A program made the position numbers and the translations under genes. From contig OZ237741.1 in assembly GCA_965178125.1 (NCBI GenBank), forward strand, positions 558,001-622,000: a DNA stretch of 64,000 nt, written 5' to 3'. Under the pieces are notes generated by a model, which worked only from the letters and a program-made list of their open reading frames with translations, searched no databases and had not been told where the DNA came from. This stretch comes from Bilabrum cf. latius. Lineage: Eukaryota. This document shows, piece by piece, positions 58,043 to 64,000 of this stretch; positions within the stretch are counted from its first letter, which is position 1, and each line of letters opens with the position of its first letter.

Positions 58043-59063
58043 TCACTGCGATGCCACCATGGGCCCACCAGCCCCGCCAGTTGCCGCCTTGGCCGCCCCC
58101 GCAGCCATCATGCCGGCATATCCGCTCTGCACGCGAGGAGCAGAGCCGCTGGCGGGGCCCGCCAACGCTGCCGCGGGAACGCGCGGCGCCGGTGCCGGAA
58201 CCTCGCTCCCAGGCGCGCCCCACTGGGAGCCCTCCTAGGCGACCGCAGGGGCTGGGGCGTGAGCAGCGCCTGAGGACGCCGCAGCGTGGTGGTGGTGGTG
58301 TTGTCCTCCCGAACCACTCCTGTGGCCCCGACCACCCCCGGCACCTCTGCCCCCGGCACCACCCGAGCCATGTCCGGGACCGTGCCCGCCCGAGCGACCA
58401 TATCCGCCCCCGCCCCCGGACCTCGCGCCGCGCCCGTACCCGCCTCCTCCGCCGTAGCTGCGGCCTCCTGCTCCGCGCCTGTCGCCGCCACGGTGCTCCG
58501 TATGCCTGTCTGCTGGGGCAGCCCTTGTCGCCCCTGTGGTGCAGCCTACGTCTGCCCCAGGGGTGGAGCTGGGAGCAGCAGGGGTCGATGCTACACTGTC
58601 TGGATGGGCCGAGATCTTGGAATAGTCTCTATGCACGTGCAGCCGAAGCTCAGAAGTGTCATCCCTGTTCATGCGCCTGGACACTGCACAGTTCCTGATA
58701 ACGATTGGCTTGCCTTCCCCTAAATCTGTCTCAATCCTTTCCAGCACGCTGTCTTGGGCCACGAGCTTTGTTCTTGCAGTCTCGTCCGCAACTGTCACCT
58801 CGGCCAGCCTGCTTCCTTTCCCTCCGTGCGCCTCATCCACCCTCTGCAGAATTAAAATATTGTGCAAAACATGATACAAAATGAAAAGGAAATCCATCGG
58901 CAAGAGGGGTGAGGCAATCGACCAACAGTACCCAGCTTACAACATCAATTTTTTCGATAATGGCGACCAAGTTCACCCCGGTCATACCCGGCATTAGCTA
59001 ATCTATTCTTAAATATCGAGCTGGACGGACATCTTGCCTCTGGGAGCCTCCTGATCTTGACAT
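58043..59063 (-). CDS. OB-fold single-stranded nucleic acid-binding protein with Gly/Arg-rich tail (intron 58844-58940)
   Basis: ID(TAG)LMPGMTGVNL..|..LAEVTVADETA..IVIRN; GTAAGC...GCAG phase-0 intron; ends TGA. Confidence 0.75.
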
Positions 59064-59338
59064 ATTTGATAGATTAGTGTGAAGGCCCCATCTAATCATA
59101 CTTGATCCGTAACTACACGTTATAAAATCTGACCGTGCACCAGTTCTGCACCAGGTGCCGCCGCACTGCCGCTTCTGTGTTCATATGGGTTCTAGGTGGG
59201 GCCAAATATCAATTGATACAACCTTTTTGTAGATGGTCTTAGAAATACATGTCTATACAAAGTGCAAAAAGACTCCCACGGGGTTCACAGCAGAAAGTGC
59301 AGCCCCGCCCCGCCAATGCGATTGGCCTCGCTAAACGC

Positions 59339-61738
59339 TCACGCAATGGGCCTGTCCCACTGGCTCTCTCCTGTAGCAGCGTTATAGAAATACGCGAGGC
59401 CGTCCTCTCCCACGTGCTTGGTCCATCCCTCCGGCAGGGGTGGCTCAGCAGCAGGAGCTGGCGCAGGAGCAGCGATCCCGAACCCGTGCTCGACCCCAGA
59501 CTCGGCCCCGGCCCCAGCCCCGACCGGGCCCTCCCCACCGCCCTTCCTGTCGATGACCTTCTTGTTCCTTCCCTCTGCCACAGAGCTGCCCCGGCTGGAG
59601 TCAGACCCCGCCCGCTTCCTTGTGCGCTTCCGCTTCCCTCCGGCACCACCGGCAGCCGTGGTCTTGCAGGCCTCGACTCCAGCTGATCCCACGCCCGGGA
59701 TGGGTACTGCTCCTGCCCGCACCGCGCGGCTCGCACTGCCTGCATCCGTGAATGTGACAAAGGTGAAGCCCCTGCCCATGGTGTCCTCGTCGATTGACTC
59801 CACCACGCCAAAGGCCCTCTCCATGGCTGCAATCAAGTCGCCGGCCCTGGCACCCTTTATGCCTCCCACGAAGACTCTCTTTGCATCACCGGCCGGGCGC
59901 GGCTTCGGCTTCGGCTTCGGCTTCGGCTTCGGATGAAACTTTGGGGCAGGCGCCTTTGGCACCCTGATCGACGCTGTCCCCGCGCCTTGAATGTCCACAA
60001 GGCCGGCCTCAATCGCGCGCCTAGCACCGCCTGCAGCGGCGAATGTGACAAACGTGAAGCCCTTGGGCATAGTGTCCTCGTCGATTGACTCCACCTTCCC
60101 GAAGGCGCCCATGGCTGACAGCACGTCCAAGACCTTGGTCCCTTTCCCAATACCCCCGACGAAGACCCTGTTGTCACTGCCAGCCGGTGTCGGCCCTGGG
60201 TGGGGCGGGGCGTGCCCCTTTGGCGCGTTAATGTGCGCTGTTCCAGCTCCTGGGATGTCTACCCTTCCAGCCCGCAGCGCACTGGCAGCCACTCGTGGGT
60301 CCGCGAACGTGACGAATGTGTAGCCTCTGTCCAGCGAGTCCTCCTTGATCGACGTAACCGTGCCGAAGGTACCCATCGCTGCCCGAATAGAGGCAGCTTT
60401 GGCTCCCGCGGCAAACCCACCCAGGTGCACTCGTGTCACCGGCCCTGCCTCGATTGCCGGCCGTGGTGCGCGTGGTCCGTGCCCACCGTGGTGGTGGTGG
60501 TGGTGATGGTGGGCTGCGCTAGGGTGCCCACCAGCATGTGCGATGCGCCGGACATCGTGCCTCCCCACCGCGTGAGAAGGCCCACCAGCATGTGCGATGC
60601 GCCGGACATCGTGCCTCCCCACCGCGTGAGAAGGCCCACCAGCATGTGCGATGTGCCTGACGCGCCGCTCCACCGTCTCATGGTACTTCGCACCGCCAGT
60701 TGCAGGGCCAGCTCCGGCACCACCAGCTACCACGACTCGCCGCGTCACCACCTCCACCGTCTCGATCAGCCTGTATCCCGCTGCCAGCTCGCCACGGAAG
60801 GCCCCACCACCCCTGCGGTCCTGGATCCGCCGCGTGCACGCCTAAAAGGCCTTGTCGCCCATCTCGCGTGCTACTGCCAGTACCATCAGGTCAGGCACCG
60901 TCTCCATGTCCGACACGTCCAGCCTCCTGCCGCCGGTGTCATCGGCCAGTTTCTGCCAGAAGGCCGTGATCTTGTCCTTCACCGTCCTCCTGTTCTCTGC
61001 CTGCACAGAATAGATCCGGACCTTCTTCTGTACCAGGGTGGCCAGGGCTCTTTTCCAGTCCATTGTGATCTTGAAGCCCTCCCCTGTCACGTACCCAGGC
61101 TCGTGGGGCAGGTCGTCACCCACCATGACCATCAGCCGCCTGGAGTTGGGTCCCCAGTCCATCTCCTGCGCGGCCTTGTGCAGGGCCAGCTCGTATGCCT
61201 CCTCGGGGTCGCCCCCGTAGGTCGGCCCCACGGTCCTGGTGAAGTCCATGATGGCCTTGAGGTTAGAGTCCAGCTTGGCCTGCTTGACCTTGGTGCTGCC
61301 CACGTCCATCAGCGGCATGTACTTGATCACGTACTTGTCCTTCTTGTCGCAGTAGTCTCCATGCGCGATGATGCCGATCCGCAGGTCTGTCGAGTTCTCG
61401 TTGGCCACTCGCACCAGGCCCCTGACCAGCTCTGCCAGCCCCGCCCGAACCTCCTCCAGGTAAGGGTACATGGAGCCGGTGGTGTCGAAGCACAGGCAGG
61501 CCTCGATCACCTTGCGCTCCGTGACTACGCGCCCCGGCTCCTCGTGCCTTACCACTGCCGGAACTGCCGGAACTGCAGAAGCTGCAGCACGTGGATGCCG
61601 GAAAATGCAGTCTGGCCTGTTGCAGCTTGCTCCAAAATGACAATCATTCAACCGCTCTGGGGGGTGCTTGAAGTAGCACCCGAAGCGGGTGCATCCTGCA
61701 CCATACTTGCACCAACGGTGCGCCGTAGTCTATGCCAT
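59339..61738 (-). CDS. CCCH fingers + vWA + 3 RRM-like + WW protein (799 aa), third paralog
   Basis: Two CCCH fingers; MIDAS FDTTGSM, GGDPEEAYE, VGDDLPH; RRM and WW regions nearly identical to the 29457 gene; joined by TAG at 60842. Confidence 0.85.
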
Positions 61739-62901
61739 TATGAGTAAAGTCTGCGATCGTAGCCCTTGAAAAACCTCAGTAATGGTCAGATGTGTGCGTT
61801 GGATGGATGGGAAAACACTCGATCCACCATTTCTGTGTCAAGTTGAGCAGAACATAGCTAGTACACATACTCTTACAGAGCTAAATAAGTCTTTGGGATG
61901 TTTTAATTGGAAATTTCTGGATCTGTGCTGACTGCAGGGTTGCGAGAATAGAGTAGCGGCCAAAACCTTATCTTGGCGGCACAATCGTACATAAAGCTAG
62001 AACATTGCAGCGAAAGACCTTCCATAATACTTATAAGTATACTTACTACTATTAAAGCCTTGATTTCGTGTACAACTACCTCTCTTTGCTGTCGTAGATG
62101 TCGCGAAGTGTCCTCCGGTCCGTCGCGAAGCTCGGCGGCATAAACCGGAACTATGCCAAGGTCGCACAAGGTACGCCTGGTGCAGGGCTCAGCAGGGTGC
62201 CTAGTGGACAAATGGCTACGAAAGTAAAGCGCATCTAGCACTGCTTTCAACGGCTGGCCCGTAGGTCAGGCGGATCGGCGGCACGGAGAGCACAAGTTGC
62301 CAGGCGAGCTCCAAGCTGCCAAGAACGGACCTTCCTTCGCATTATACGTGCTCTTACCACCTGCTCACCGCGCCAGATATAAGAGTGTGCTCAAACACTT
62401 CCACTATCTACCCCAGAGCAGCGCTAGCAACAAGCCCCACCGCACGGCACTACGCTTAGCAGAGGCTGCAAGGCCGCCATGGTGCGAAAGTCAAGTGGTT
62501 GGGAGTCGGTGGTACAGGAGGAACAAAGGAAGGCATGGGACTCGTGATGCACATAGAGCATGTGCACGTAATACAGCTTGGTGTGCGTGAAGCAATTGCT
62601 GTGGAAGGGCACTGTTACGGACAGGCATGGCGTGGCTTGCGGCCCCCTGTGTGCGAGCGGTATCCAGCGATGGAGAGGGGTTCTTGACGGCACGATCCTA
62701 TGGATTGGAGCGGAAGCCGAGGCAAATGAAAAACTCGCCGATACAATGATCGCCCCATGTCTACATGCAAGAAGTAGACACACGAATCACGTGCCTACAA
62801 TCCCACTTGCATTGCTTGGGCTGCTGCCGACCCACACGTTGAGCGCCGACAGTGGACACCGACTACATGCATCCCACTCGCGCCCCTCCCGCGAGCTCTC
62901 A

Positions 62902-64000
62902 TCACGGCATCCCCGTGTCGGCGTACAGCGCCGCGCGCACCGCAGTGGCAAGCGCCTGGTCCTCCGGCCACACACCCGCGGTTGTGCCGTGGTCGTACCC
63001 CTTGGCCTGGAAGTCCTCCAGCGACATGCCGCACTCGGACACCTTCCCGTCCTGCGTGTACACTTTGTTCCCTGACGTCACCACATACGCGTCGTGGGGC
63101 GGGCACGTGCCCTTGCCATAGTCGCCCGAGCTCGTCATAACTAGCGTGTTGTTCTGGTAGTGGTCCTCCTGTCCTGGCAGCTGGGGGCACACGCTGAAGC
63201 CGTGTCCAACGTATGCCGCAACGTTGCTGCGGAGACTCGAAACGGCAAGATGGGACAAGAAATTCACGGATCAAAGTGTGATAGGGCGAATGAGGGTACG
63301 ACGTGGCGAGGAGAGCAGTGGTACTGACTGCCCTGTACCCTACTCTCACTTGACGTGGTGGTTGGAGTGCCCTCCGAAGTCATTCTTCATCTCATTACCA
63401 GAGAGGTACAAGACGTTGTAGGTCGAGTTGAAGTTGTTCGAGCCTGCGAGCGGTGCTTCAGGGATGTCTGGGAAACAAAATGAACTCGATACAGGCCTAC
63501 AAAGGGAGGAAAAAGGCCTTGTGCAGGCTGCTCACCGTCATCGTTGTCGATACCCTCCTGCGAGTCGCAAGAGCAGGTGTAGGACACAAGGAGCAGATGA
63601 GGGCGCACACACGTTACGGGAACACTATACAGAATTAGAGCAAGCAGCAAGCAGCAGGCCAGCACGCTTTCCAATCACCCGACCAGTGCAGTGGCTCACT
63701 TGGACATTGTACTCCCCGAAGATGATGTTCTGGTACAGCTGGTCCCACTTCTTGATGCTGGTGGGTCTGCCGTCCTCTCCGATCCACTCCCAGACCTGGC
63801 GGTCCCAGCTGTTGAACGGGCTGCGAAAAATAGAACAAGGAAATGCACGGACGCACTACGATGCACGGCTGGATTGCGATACGCGGTGGCCATGCACATG
63901 CAATCTAAGCAATTGGCATCGATGGTAGCCGTGGGCGTATCAGTGCGTCGCTCACCCGTGATCACTCGTTTCGCGAACCGAGGCAAACATGATGTTCCTC
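62902..64000 (-). CDS. 3' exons of a right-handed beta-helix (pectin lyase-like) protein; starts outside the window
   Basis: RETSDHG|PFNSWDRQ, GIDNDDG, MKNDFGGHSNHH, C-terminal FQAKGYDHGT; several GTGAG...AG introns; ends TGA. Confidence 0.7.

Noticed and set aside
61800-62850. Short ORFs between the vWA-RRM gene and the beta-helix gene
   Set aside because: No recognisable motifs or consistent frame; treated as intergenic
25700-64000. Numerous overlapping antisense and alternate-frame ORFs, e.g. 60200-61747(+), 35916-36881(+)
   Set aside because: Shadow ORFs expected in GC-rich coding DNA; recognisable domains lie in the frames annotated above

Overview
Eukaryotic (protist) genomic DNA in two parts. 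Positions 91-25051 are an AT-rich, apparently complete 24,961-bp endogenous virophage (mavirus/EMALE-like). It has 427-bp terminal inverted repeats and a 5-bp target-site duplication (CTAGC), and it is inserted into a host GH43 glycoside hydrolase gene. It encodes an rve integrase, packaging ATPase, cysteine protease, penton, major capsid protein, compact PolB, prim-pol/SF2 helicase and accessory genes. Positions 25052-64000 are GC-rich, gene-dense, intron-poor host DNA. Both virus and host read TAG as a sense codon, almost certainly Gln, while TAA and TGA remain stops. The supplied ORF track therefore fragments most genes and misses several; CDS coordinates below are my manual re-translations with TAG=Gln. 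Most unusual: a ~340-nt GC-rich, highly base-paired RNA-like insert sits in the variable slot of a non-coding dyad module that occurs five times in the virophage. Also notable are a Pol-beta-type nucleotidyltransferase next to the packaging ATPase, GG protease-site-rich core proteins, and a fixed-spacing promoter motif. Family assignments rest on motifs recognised by eye; no searches were run.
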